From: Pseudoalteromonas translucida KMM 520
GTDB lineage: Bacteria > Pseudomonadota > Gammaproteobacteria > Enterobacterales > Alteromonadaceae
DNA: 32,000 bases
Direction of reading: 5' to 3'
NCBI RefSeq assembly: GCF_001465295.1
Contig: NZ_CP011034.1
Location: forward strand, 3,240,001 to 3,272,000
Of the stretch, positions 1 through 10,353 are shown one piece after another. Position 1 is the stretch's first letter, and each line of letters begins with the position of its first letter. The notes beneath the pieces are model-generated. The model was not told the DNA's origin and did not search any database. It was given only the letters and a program-made list of their open reading frames with translations. The translations under genes and the position numbers were made by a program.

Positions 1-336
1 ATCGCCAAGCACATCCATAAAGCCACTAACCGTAGTTAACAGTAAACTGCCGCGCAGTGTGCTATCGGCGGCCGCAATATCATTATGTAACTGCTCAAGC
101 GAATTATCGATCACTTGTGCGGTATTAAACAACTTTGCGCCTGTTTCTGTTGCTTTATAGCCACGAGCATGGCGATGAAACAAACGTGTGTTTAAGTTTT
201 TTTCAAGATTATTAATTCGCCTAAGCACTGTACTATGGTGCACATTAAGTGCCTCTGCCGCCGCAGTTAAGGTACCTAAACGTGCAACCTCAAAAGCCAC
301 TTTAACATCTTGCCAATCTTCAAACTTAACCGCCAT
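1..336 (-). CDS. LysR-family transcriptional regulator, N-terminal 112 codons only (rest lies beyond the left window edge)
   Basis: Hand translation of the minus strand from ATG at 336-334 gives MAVKFEDWQDVKVAFEVARLGTLTAAAEALNVHHSTVLRRINNLEKNLNTRLFHRHARGYKATETG..., a canonical LTTR winged helix-turn-helix. The frame stays open to position 1. It is absent from the ORF track because it is truncated. It is divergent from the 691 gene, the usual LTTR layout. Confidence 0.8.
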   Translation of the reverse strand, partial: MAVKFEDWQDVKVAFEVARLGTLTAAAEALNVHHSTVLRRINNLEKNLNTRLFHRHARGYKATETGAKLFNTAQVIDNSLEQLHNDIAAADSTLRGSLLLTTVSGFMDVLGD

Positions 337-436
337 ACTGTGCCACCTCAAACTTATGTGCATATACGCACATAAATGTTGCGTTTATTCGGGTTTTCTT
401 CAAGTCATTTTTTGTTAAAGTAGCCCCATATTATCT

Positions 437-472
437 ACATTAACCTGAACTCTGGTTAAGAGATTTACTAAC
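437..472 (+). repeat. Direct repeat copy 1 (36 nt) in the LysR/FMN-reductase intergenic region
   Basis: acattaacctgaactctggttaagagatttactaac matches 637-672 at 33 of 36 positions, offset exactly 200 bp. It contains the dyad GTTA-N10-TAAC. Confidence 0.9.
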
Positions 473-504
473 GTATTGAATCATAGTTATATTTAATTTT
501 ATTT

Positions 505-610
505 TCTCTAGCCAGAGGTTTTCAGTGAAAACAAGGCGAGTTTACGCGTCAATAGCTGGCCTATTGCAAGTAAATTCAACGCAGTTAGCGCTGAAAATAG
601 CTGCTTGAGA
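505..610. repeat. Long imperfect palindrome (about 106 bp) centred on caatag-ctggc-ctattg
   Basis: The left arm tctctagccagaggttttcagtg...tttacgcgtcaatag was compared with the reverse complement of the right arm ctattgcaagtaaattcaacgc...ctgaaaatagctgcttgaga. Matching blocks are caatag/ctattg, tttac/gtaaa, ttttcag/ctgaaaa and tctc.agc/gct.gaga. Confidence 0.7.
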
Positions 611-636
611 TAAGTTTATTATCCGGAGCTCAGGTT

Positions 637-672
637 ACATTAGCCCGAACTTTGGTTAAGAGATTTACTAAC
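637..672 (+). repeat. Direct repeat copy 2 (36 nt), immediately upstream of the FMN reductase start
   Basis: acattagcccgaactttggttaagagatttactaac. The 8-mer acattagc recurs at 673-680, so a 28-nt core is bracketed by the same 8-mer. Confidence 0.9.
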
Positions 673-690
673 ACATTAGCAGGATAAACC

Positions 691-1257
691 ATGACAGCAC
701 CAAAAATTATTGCTTTAGCAGGTAGTTTACGTAAAGACAGCTTTAATCAACAACTGATCAATGAAGCAGCACGCTTTGCATTAGAAAGTGGTGCAGAAGT
801 AGAAATAATTAAACTTGCCGATTTAAATATCCCACTTTTTAATCAAGATATTGAAGCGCAAGGTACACCTGCCGATGTGCAGTTGTTAAAAGAGAAATTA
901 CGTGCTGCAGATGGTATTTTATTAGCCAGCCCTGAGTACAATGGCTCTATTACTGCCGCGCTTAAAAATGCAATCGACTGGGCTTCTCGCACAGAGCAAG
1001 GTGCGGTACCTGCTTTTCGTAATAAAGTTGTGGCGTTATTTGCTGCATCGCCTGGTGGATTAGGTGGTCTACGTGGCTTAAACCACGTACGTGATATTTT
1101 AAGTGGTATTGGCTCATTAGTACTTGCCGATCAGCTAGCGGTACCGGCTGTGCATACTGTACTCGATGAAAACGGCCTAATTAATAACCCAAATACAGCA
1201 GAACAAGTGTCGGCATTAGCGCAACAATTAGTAACCGTTGCCAGCAAGCTTAGCTAA
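691..1257 (+). CDS. NAD(P)H-dependent FMN reductase family oxidoreductase (flavodoxin-like fold, YieF/ChrR-like)
   Basis: 188-aa ORF. The N-terminus KIIALAGSLRKDSFN and the motif LLASPEYNGSITAALKNAIDWASR are typical of the NADPH-dependent FMN reductase family. RBS-like aggat lies upstream. Confidence 0.85.
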   Translation: MTAPKIIALAGSLRKDSFNQQLINEAARFALESGAEVEIIKLADLNIPLFNQDIEAQGTPADVQLLKEKLRAADGILLASPEYNGSITAALKNAIDWASRTEQGAVPAFRNKVVALFAASPGGLGGLRGLNHVRDILSGIGSLVLADQLAVPAVHTVLDENGLINNPNTAEQVSALAQQLVTVASKLS

Positions 1258-1269
1258 CTAGCTAACACT

Positions 1270-1713
1270 CTATTTTGTCGCCGCAATTTTTGCGGCGATA
1301 AAATCTACATGAGTTACATATAACAAGCCTGCCACTTTACGTATTACGTACTCTTCTTGCGGATCAATCTCACCATCGGCATAGGCCAAGCGCCATAACA
1401 ACTCTATTATTTCAATGCGCTGCGCCGCACTACAATGTTGGTTAATTTGTTTTGAAAACTGAAAATAATCTGTCGCGCTATCCACGCTACTGTTTGCATT
1501 ATTTAGCAGCTCGTTTACGTCTGCATCGTTTAATGCAAAATAGCGTTTTAAGGTAGTTGTTAGAGTATGTTGTTCATTATCATCTAACTTAGCATCTGCG
1601 CGCATTACCTCAATTAATAATGCAGCAACCGCTGTTTTTAAATCATGCTCTTGCATACTTGGCTGTTGCTCATCGAATACAGAAAAAAGTTGTTTTATTT
1701 GTTTGAACATCAC
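1270..1713 (-). CDS. TerB-family (tellurite-resistance TerB-like / DjlA N-terminal-like) protein
   Basis: 147-aa ORF with two acidic metal-binding-type repeats (MRADAKLDDNEQ and AYADGEIDPQEE) in an all-helical protein, as in the TerB fold. Confidence 0.6.
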   Translation of the reverse strand: MMFKQIKQLFSVFDEQQPSMQEHDLKTAVAALLIEVMRADAKLDDNEQHTLTTTLKRYFALNDADVNELLNNANSSVDSATDYFQFSKQINQHCSAAQRIEIIELLWRLAYADGEIDPQEEYVIRKVAGLLYVTHVDFIAAKIAATK

Positions 1714-1810
1714 ACTTTCCCTTATTGGGTGTTAAACTTAATATAAATAAATAGCGCTTAATACTGATAGTATTAATGGGTATAAAGTTCGCAAATTAAA
1801 GGAATTATTT

Positions 1811-2167
1811 ATGCAAGGATTAAACATTAGCTTAGTTATTGGCGGTGCTTTGCTAGTTTGTGCAAGCGTAGGCACAGCTTTTGCCAAACAAGCAAAAACA
1901 GAAAAACTCTACGACTTTGATAATAAAGTACATTATTACCAAACAAAACTCGACGATAATAACTATAAAATAGAGATCCAGTCAGACGATTACAAACACT
2001 TTGCAAATCAGAGTGTATTTTTACTACGCCATGCTAATCGCTTGTGCCTTAATAAAATATTTATGCTTAAAGTGCTGGATGGCGTGCAAGAGTACGAAAG
2101 TATGCCTACTAACCCTAGAGCTTACCAACCAGCATTAAGCGTTTTACTACAGTGCGAAGATGAGTAA
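1811..2167 (+). CDS. Hypothetical secreted protein (signal peptide ...VGTAFA/KQ)
   Basis: 118-aa ORF with an N-terminal hydrophobic signal-like segment and RBS-like aaaggaa upstream. I recognise no family. Confidence 0.5.
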   Translation: MQGLNISLVIGGALLVCASVGTAFAKQAKTEKLYDFDNKVHYYQTKLDDNNYKIEIQSDDYKHFANQSVFLLRHANRLCLNKIFMLKVLDGVQEYESMPTNPRAYQPALSVLLQCEDE

Positions 2168-2169
2168 TT

Positions 2170-2763
2170 TTAGTCTGTGTATCCCCAAGGGGCTGCTGGC
2201 GGAGTGATGGGTTTAGTTAAATCAAAATCCACTTTAAATTCGCGGCCTTGGCGAATTAAACGATAAGTAAATACCTCAGGATAAATATACATTTGCCAAG
2301 TATTACCTACCGACTGCGCTATCCCTTGTGCAACAAATAATTCTTTTGAGTATTGATCGGCAGGAAACGACTGCATTTGTGCAAAGCCAGCATCATTTGT
2401 ATGCCCGCCATACATAGTTGAGACATCGTTAGAACCATTTTTATGGCGATGGTCGTGCTTTAAGCTTAAGCCACTGCCCGTTTTAGTAATGATCCAAGTG
2501 CGCGATGCATCATCACCCACATGAAATGGCACTTGCAGCTCACTGTCGGTACATTTACGTACATGCATTACTAATTTTTTACCCGCAAACGAGCTTGGTC
2601 CCGCGGCGTTATCAACACTTACCTTGCCTTCATAAGCTTTACCGCAATGTGCAGCAATATTACTAAAAAACGCATCGTGGCTGGCAATAGACACCAAAGG
2701 CGCAGGGCTTGCTACAACAGTTGATGAAGCCAGTAATAAAGTGGCTGCAGTTAATAATTTCAT
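2170..2763 (-). CDS. Hypothetical secreted protein (signal peptide MKLLTAATLLLASSTVVA)
   Basis: ORF-track entry 2170..2766. I prefer the ATG at 2763 because aagga lies 7 nt upstream, while 2766 is GTG. It has a clear Sec signal and non-repetitive, coding-like composition. I recognise no family. Confidence 0.6.
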   Translation of the reverse strand: MKLLTAATLLLASSTVVASPAPLVSIASHDAFFSNIAAHCGKAYEGKVSVDNAAGPSSFAGKKLVMHVRKCTDSELQVPFHVGDDASRTWIITKTGSGLSLKHDHRHKNGSNDVSTMYGGHTNDAGFAQMQSFPADQYSKELFVAQGIAQSVGNTWQMYIYPEVFTYRLIRQGREFKVDFDLTKPITPPAAPWGYTD

Positions 2764-2979
2764 CACATATTCCTTATAATAGTTTTTAGTACCATAGCCC
2801 TTTAACTCACTTAAAGGAAGTAATCACGATGAACCACCAAAGTGCAGGAGCAACCAATAAACGATACTTGCAACTCGCTGATAATTTTAAAATAAAAATT
2901 ATTGCAAAAAAAATATAATAATTAAATACAGTCATCTGTAAAATTAATAACGAGCATGGAGCGCAGAGCCAAATGACAA

Positions 2980-3210
2980 ATGACAAATTATATAGGTTTA
3001 ATAATCATCATATTACTATTGATTTTGCAAAATTGTTATGACCTTTCCCTAGGTAAATACCTTGCTCAGCACTACCCAAATGAATGGCAAAAGCTTACCC
3101 AAAATTCTTTAGATGGAACAGCACACGCCAATCTTGCTGCATCATTTGAAAATGGCTTTTTTGCGACCATAGATGACTCGAAAGTAACCGTTTTCAAACC
3201 TTTAAAATGA
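2980..3210 (+). CDS. Hypothetical small membrane protein (one N-terminal TM)
   Basis: 76-aa ORF with the hydrophobic segment YIGLIIIILLLIL, located in an AT-rich region. No homologue recognised, so this is a weak call. Confidence 0.35.
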   Translation: MTNYIGLIIIILLLILQNCYDLSLGKYLAQHYPNEWQKLTQNSLDGTAHANLAASFENGFFATIDDSKVTVFKPLK

Positions 3211-3307
3211 TAAATCTATTAATAGTGGTAGCCATTACTGCCACTAGTTTTGCTGCTGCATTTTTGTTTTGAACCAATTGATAAAATAATTAATGTGTTG
3301 CCGCTAA

Positions 3308-3335
3308 AATAAAAAAGCGCAGCCTATGCTGCGCT
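3308..3335 (-). terminator. Rho-independent terminator of the leu operon
   Basis: The minus strand reads gcgcagc-atag-gctgcgc followed by a T-run (tttttt a tttt), 36 nt downstream of the leuD stop. Confidence 0.65.
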
Positions 3336-3370
3336 AAATAATCAGATGTATTTTAATTTATTTCAGCTAT

Positions 3371-3970
3371 TTACTGCCAAGGGCGCTCTGCAGCAAGTTG
3401 CTGCTCAAATGCGTCTATTTGTGGGTTTAGCGTTTCGGTTACGCCAATAAAGTCTAGGCCGCTTAATAGACGCTCTTTTACGTCTTTGCGAATATCAAAA
3501 CTAATGGGGGCAAATTTAGTGCTAGTCAATGTTTGATTTTCAAGATCGATATCGATATGAATATCGTCATGTTGCTCACTTAACACAAATAATTGCTCTA
3601 GCGTATCGCCAGGCAGTGCAATAGCGAGCATTTGATTATTGCCACAGTTATTAAAGAAAATATCAGCAAAGCTTTCAGCCAAAATCACTTCAAAACCATA
3701 TTGCTTTAGTGCCCATGGCGCGTGTTCGCGTGACGATCCACAACCAAAGTTGTCGCGCGTTAGTAATATTTGTGCGCCTTGGTAGCAAGGGCGGTTTAAA
3801 ATAAAATCAGGGTTTGGCTCGTCATTTTCTAAATAGCGCCAATCATAAAATAATGCGGCATCAAAGCCTTCGCGGCTGGTTGAGGTTAAAAACTGTTTTG
3901 GAATAATTTGATCCGTATCCACGTTGTTTTTATCCAATGGGGCCATTAAGCCACTAAAATAAATGCTCAT
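3371..3970 (-). CDS. leuD: 3-isopropylmalate dehydratase small subunit
   Basis: 199 aa. DTDQIIPKQFL and GCGSSREHAPWAL are LeuD signatures. It overlaps the leuC stop by 1 nt. Confidence 0.95.
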   Translation of the reverse strand: MSIYFSGLMAPLDKNNVDTDQIIPKQFLTSTSREGFDAALFYDWRYLENDEPNPDFILNRPCYQGAQILLTRDNFGCGSSREHAPWALKQYGFEVILAESFADIFFNNCGNNQMLAIALPGDTLEQLFVLSEQHDDIHIDIDLENQTLTSTKFAPISFDIRKDVKERLLSGLDFIGVTETLNPQIDAFEQQLAAERPWQ

Positions 3971-5370
3971 TAGGCTTCTCCTCTAATATCAACAAAGTGA
4001 CCATGTATAGCTGCCGCAGCGGCCATTGCAGGGCTAACCAAATGAGTGCGCCCACCACGGCCTTGGCGTCCTTCAAAGTTACGATTTGAGGTGGATGCAC
4101 AGCGTTTACCTGCACCTAAGCGGTCGTCGTTCATTGCTAAACACATTGAACAACCCGGCTCACGCCACTCAAAGCCAGCTGCTTTAAAAATATCTGCTAA
4201 ACCTTCGTCTTCGGCTTGTTTTTTAACTAAACCAGAGCCCGGTACAATTAACGCTTCAATACCGGCAACTACTTTTTTGCCTTCAACTATTTTTGCTGCT
4301 GCACGTAAATCTTCAATACGGCTATTGGTGCACGAGCCAATAAATACGGTATCTACTTTTGCACTTGATAACTTTTCGCCCGCTTTTAGGCCCATGTATT
4401 TTAATGCGCTGCGAATCGCATCGGCTTTAATTAGGTCAGGCTCTTTATCTGGATCCGGAATACACTCGTCTACGCCAATCACTTGCTCTGGACTAGTGCC
4501 CCAAGTAATTTGTGGCTGAATGCTGCTGGCCTCTAGCTCAACAACATGATCAAACTGCGCACCGTCATCTGTTTTTAATGTTTCCCAATACTTAACAGCT
4601 GCGTCAAAATCAGCGCCTTTAGGAGCAAATGGGCGACCTTTTAGGTAATCATAAGTGATTTGGTCAGAAGCAATTAAACCGGCTTTAGCACCCATTTCTA
4701 TACTCATATTACACAGCGTCATACGTGCTTCCATCGACAACGCTTCTATCCCTTCACCACAAAATTCTGCAACGTAGCCAGTGCCACCCGCTGTACCTAG
4801 CTTACCAATAACCGCCATAATTAAGTCTTTTGCAGTAACTGTGGGACGCAAACGGCCATTTATTTGAATTTTTAACGACTTAGCCTTTTTTTGTTGCAGT
4901 GTTTGCGTTGCTAATACGTGTTCAACCTCTGAGGTGCCAATACCGTGAGCAAGCGCACCAAATGCACCATGAGTCGACGTATGGCTGTCACCACAGACTA
5001 TGGTAGTGCCGGGCAAAGTTATGCCCTGCTCTGGCCCCATAACATGCACTATGCCTTGGTTAATTGAGTTTAAATCGTAAAGCACAATGCCAAACTCTTT
5101 GCAGTTTGCATCTAGCGCCATTAATTGATTTTTCGACACTTCGCTTGCGGCATCCAATGAGCGACTTTTGGTCGATACATTATGATCCATAGTGGCAAAG
5201 GTTTTTTCTGGGCAGCGTACAGTGCGGTTTTTTTCACGCAAACCAGCAAAGGCTTGTGGTGATGTAACTTCGTGTACTAAATGACGGTCAATATAAAGTA
5301 AGTCGGTTTGCTCGTTGATGCTGGCAACTGTATGTGCTTGCCAAATTTTGTCGTATAACGTTTGGGCCAC
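3970..5370 (-). CDS. leuC: 3-isopropylmalate dehydratase large subunit
   Basis: 466 aa. [13 protein letters not shown]...[14 protein letters not shown] and the Fe-S cysteine motifs ([22 protein letters not shown]) are aconitase-family LeuC signatures. Confidence 0.97.
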   Translation of the reverse strand: MAQTLYDKIWQAHTVASINEQTDLLYIDRHLVHEVTSPQAFAGLREKNRTVRCPEKTFATMDHNVSTKSRSLDAASEVSKNQLMALDANCKEFGIVLYDLNSINQGIVHVMGPEQGITLPGTTIVCGDSHTSTHGAFGALAHGIGTSEVEHVLATQTLQQKKAKSLKIQINGRLRPTVTAKDLIMAVIGKLGTAGGTGYVAEFCGEGIEALSMEARMTLCNMSIEMGAKAGLIASDQITYDYLKGRPFAPKGADFDAAVKYWETLKTDDGAQFDHVVELEASSIQPQITWGTSPEQVIGVDECIPDPDKEPDLIKADAIRSALKYMGLKAGEKLSSAKVDTVFIGSCTNSRIEDLRAAAKIVEGKKVVAGIEALIVPGSGLVKKQAEDEGLADIFKAAGFEWREPGCSMCLAMNDDRLGAGKRCASTSNRNFEGRQGRGGRTHLVSPAMAAAAAIHGHFVDIRGEA

Positions 5371-5437
5371 TTGTTAATCCCCTAATCTGTTTTGAGCCGC
5401 AGCCTAACGGAGCTGCGGCATTAAAATGTGTTTTCAG

Positions 5438-8064
<2,627 letters not shown>

Positions 8065-8116
8065 AACAGCCTCTCATTCCAATGCTATTTATAATTAACT
8101 TACCCTGCCGCGAGAT

Positions 8117-8147
8117 AAAAAAAACCCCGCAAGTGCGGGGTTTTTTT
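8117..8147 (-). terminator. leu attenuator terminator (CCCCGC-ACUU-GCGGGG followed by U8 on the minus strand)
   Basis: The plus strand reads a8-ccccgc-aagt-gcgggg-t7. It lies between the leader peptide stop (8171) and the leuA start (8064). Confidence 0.8.
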
Positions 8148-8170
8148 ATGTTTAGCTCAATGCAAACACA

Positions 8171-8239
8171 CTAATCCCCGCTCACTTGCCATAGCAGTAA
8201 GAGGTTCAGTTTTAGTGTAATTAAACGAATAATATGCAT
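8171..8239 (-). CDS. leuL: leu operon leader peptide, 22 aa: MHIIRLITLKLNLLLLWQVSGD
   Basis: Hand translation of the minus strand: atg cat att att cgt tta att aca cta aaa ctg aac ctc tta ctg cta tgg caa gtg agc ggg gat tag. Seven of 22 codons are Leu, including four in a row. It lies directly upstream of the attenuator hairpin and leuA. It is too short for the ORF track. Confidence 0.8.
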   Translation of the reverse strand: MHIIRLITLKLNLLLLWQVSGD

Positions 8240-8271
8240 CTTGCTTTCTTATTTGTGTCGAGTGAGGCTTA

Positions 8272-8300
8272 TTTTTAACATTACCATGCACAAGGTGCAA
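8272..8300 (-). promoter_or_regulatory. Candidate sigma70 promoter of the leu leader/operon
   Basis: The minus strand reads ttgcac, a 17-nt spacer, then taaaaa preceded by tgt (extended -10-like). It lies about 35 nt upstream of the leader ATG. Pattern match only. Confidence 0.35.
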
Positions 8301-8385
8301 GCATAAAAATTCCAATTCTTGTATTTGATATCGCTTCAAACAGAAATAATTATGCAACAACAGAAGGTTTGGTGAGGTTTTTTAA

Positions 8386-8440
8386 CAAAAAAGCACCGCA
8401 AAGTGCTTAAATTACTAAGCACTGTAAAGTACAGTGCTTA
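8386..8440 (-). terminator. Tandem hairpins downstream of fabR (12-bp perfect stem, then aagcac-tttgcg-gtgctt followed by a T-run)
   Basis: ctaagcactgta-aag-tacagtgcttag spans 8415-8441. On the minus strand, aagcactttgcggtgctt is followed by ttttgtt. Both lie just 3' of the fabR stop at 8460. Confidence 0.55.
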
Positions 8441-8459
8441 GATTAACTTTTTACTCTGT

Positions 8460-9083
8460 TTAAATCTCTTTATTTGTTTCTCGCACATAATGCGCTGCAC
8501 CACGAGTAATGTAGCGTAATTGCCAAATAACACGCTCTACTAATTCATCGCGTTGTAAGCCCTCTAAATCAAGCGCTTCTGCTCCCGCATTAAATACCAG
8601 TGTTACCATGGCTTCAGATTGAATGTACGCATGAATAGCATCACATTTTGTTTCGCTTTCTAGGTAGTGAGCTAACTCTAAAATAAAGTGTTTAACTTCA
8701 CGCGCTACCGCCGCTCTAAATGCTTTTGAAGTACCAGAGCGTTCGCGCAGTAATAACCTAAATTGATTACTCGAGTTGTCAATAAACTCCATAAAGGTCA
8801 CCACCGAGGTATTTATTACGCTACCACCGCTGGCAATACGCCGACGCGCTTGGCGCATAAGTTGACGCAGAGTTAAACCTGCTTCATCAACCATGGTTAA
8901 ACCGAGTTCGTTCATATCTTTAAAATGTCGATAGAAAGAAGTTGGTGCAATACCGGCTTCACGCGCAACTTCGCGTAAACTTAAGTTTGAAAAGCTATGA
9001 TCGGCACTCAACTGATTAAATGCCGCCTCAATTAACGCTTGTCGTGTTTTTTGTTTCTGTTGCGCTCTAACACCCGACATCAA
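8460..9083 (-). CDS. fabR: TetR-family repressor of unsaturated fatty-acid synthesis, FabR
   Basis: 207 aa. It has the Tet[25 protein letters not shown]. Its length, sequence and neighbourhood (next to sthA) match E. coli fabR as I remember it. Confidence 0.85.
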   Translation of the reverse strand: MMSGVRAQQKQKTRQALIEAAFNQLSADHSFSNLSLREVAREAGIAPTSFYRHFKDMNELGLTMVDEAGLTLRQLMRQARRRIASGGSVINTSVVTFMEFIDNSSNQFRLLLRERSGTSKAFRAAVAREVKHFILELAHYLESETKCDAIHAYIQSEAMVTLVFNAGAEALDLEGLQRDELVERVIWQLRYITRGAAHYVRETNKEI

Positions 9084-9146
9084 CAGCTCCCTGAATGAAT
9101 TTATAGCAAATTTTAATTAAAATAGTTTAATTACTCAGTCTAATAC

Positions 9147-9175
9147 TTGACGCCAAGAGTTTGAAATATTATTTT
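9147..9175 (+). promoter_or_regulatory. Candidate sigma70 promoter of the desaturase-sthA unit
   Basis: ttgacg (9147-9152), a 17-nt spacer, then tatttt (9170-9175). Pattern match only. Confidence 0.4.
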
Positions 9176-9193
9176 AGCTTACAGTTGTACGCT
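9176..9193. promoter_or_regulatory. Candidate FabR operator (18-bp imperfect palindrome AGCTTACAGTTGTACGCT)
   Basis: The half-sites AGCTTACA / TGTACGCT abut the putative -10 and lie 14 nt upstream of the desaturase ATG. The sequence resembles the AGCGTACA..TGTACGCT-type palindrome I recall for FabR at the fabA/fabB promoters. Confidence 0.45.
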
Positions 9194-9206
9194 GAGATAG
9201 AGAATT

Positions 9207-10340
9207 ATGAACAAACCACCACTTATTTGGACCAACGTCCTATTTTTTAGCCTTACTTTTTTGGCCGCGATAACGCTTGTGCCTTGGTATGGTATTAACT
9301 ACGGATTTTCTAGTGCCCACTGGATTGCCTTTGTCGGCTGCATGTTTTATGCGGGCTTATCAATTACTGCCGGTTACCACAGATTATGGGCGCATAAAAC
9401 CTATAACGCCCATCCGGCGGTTGAGTTTGTGTTTGCCTTAGGCGGTGCATTTGCACTGCAAAACAGTGCACTACATTGGAGCAGCGACCACCGTGTACAT
9501 CACGGCCAAGTTGACGACCCAATAAAAGACCCTTATGCCGCAACCAATGGTTTTTGGTATAGCCATATTGGCTGGATGTTACGTGACTATCAAGCTGATA
9601 GCTACGGCGATTACAGTAACTGTCGCGATTTACAACGCAATAAAATTGTAATGTGGCAACATAAACATTATTTAAAATTAGCTCTTTTAATGAATGTAGG
9701 CCTACCTCTTACGCTAGGGTTACTAGTTGGCGATGTATGGGGCATGTTATTACTTGCCGGTTTACTGCGCTTGGTACTTAGTCAGCACTTTACCTTTTTT
9801 ATTAATTCGGTAGCCCATATTTGGGGCTCTCGTCCGTACACTGAAAAAAATACCGCCCGCGACAACGGCTTTTTAGCCCTATTTACATATGGCGAGGGGT
9901 ATCATAACTTTCACCATATTTTTGCCAGTGATTACCGTAACGGCATTAGGTGGTTTCATTATGACCCCACTAAATGGGTTATTCGCTCGTTAGCTGCCCT
10001 TGGTTTAGCCAGTAAACTAAAGCGCACACCGGTTGAGCGTATTGAAAAAGCCAAAGCCGAAACTTTAATGAGCAAAACACAAGTTCGTCTTGCAAAATTG
10101 CCTTTGGCACAAGATAGGCTTACATTACTACAACAAGAATATGATTTACTGCTGAAAAAACTGCAAAATTATTGTTCACTACAAAAACAAGTGTTAGAAG
10201 TTAAAAAAAATAACATGGCAAAGCAGTGTGAACGTTCAGCATTAATGGCACAATACCATGAGCTGGAAGCCGCCTGGGAAAACCAAAAACAGGCATGGCT
10301 AGCACTTAATGCGAGGTTATTAAAAGCCTCTTTTAGTTAA
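9207..10340 (+). CDS. Membrane fatty-acid (acyl-lipid/acyl-CoA) Delta9-type desaturase
   Basis: 377 aa. Three histidine boxes are present (HRLWAHK, HRVHH, HNFHH) with four hydrophobic spans, and a roughly 100-aa C-terminal coiled-coil-like tail. Confidence 0.9.
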   Translation: MNKPPLIWTNVLFFSLTFLAAITLVPWYGINYGFSSAHWIAFVGCMFYAGLSITAGYHRLWAHKTYNAHPAVEFVFALGGAFALQNSALHWSSDHRVHHGQVDDPIKDPYAATNGFWYSHIGWMLRDYQADSYGDYSNCRDLQRNKIVMWQHKHYLKLALLMNVGLPLTLGLLVGDVWGMLLLAGLLRLVLSQHFTFFINSVAHIWGSRPYTEKNTARDNGFLALFTYGEGYHNFHHIFASDYRNGIRWFHYDPTKWVIRSLAALGLASKLKRTPVERIEKAKAETLMSKTQVRLAKLPLAQDRLTLLQQEYDLLLKKLQNYCSLQKQVLEVKKNNMAKQCERSALMAQYHELEAAWENQKQAWLALNARLLKASFS

Positions 10341-10353
10341 TATAGGAGTGGCT

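Noticed and set aside
188-418. 76-aa plus-strand ORF from the track
   Set aside because: It lies antisense to, and almost entirely inside, the clearly recognisable LysR HTH coding region (1-336, minus strand). It has Cys/Leu-rich shadow-frame composition and no RBS.
1277-1299. Hairpin tcgccgc-aattttt-gcggcga just after the FMN reductase stop, as a possible terminator
   Set aside because: It lies inside the 3' coding end of the convergent TerB-like gene (encoding ...AAKIAATK) and lacks a following T-run on the plus strand. It may still slow read-through, but I cannot call it a terminator.
2829-2918. 29-codon ORF MNHQSAGATNKRYLQLADNFKIKIIAKKI with aaggaag 9 nt upstream
   Set aside because: It is too short, its 3' half is an A-rich low-complexity tract, and it has no recognisable homologue. 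It cannot be supported from sequence alone.
4046-4519. 157-aa plus-strand ORF inside leuC. The same reasoning covers 6081-6386, 6160-6384, 6662-6913, 7316-7666 and 7790-7972 inside leuB/leuA.
   Set aside because: These are antisense or alternative-frame shadow ORFs within strongly supported housekeeping genes. Their Ser/Pro/Arg-rich composition is typical of reverse frames.
8157-8360. 67-aa minus-strand ORF upstream of leuA
   Set aside because: It spans the leu promoter, leader and attenuator stem in a different frame from the Leu-rich leader peptide. The leader-peptide and attenuator interpretation explains the region far better.
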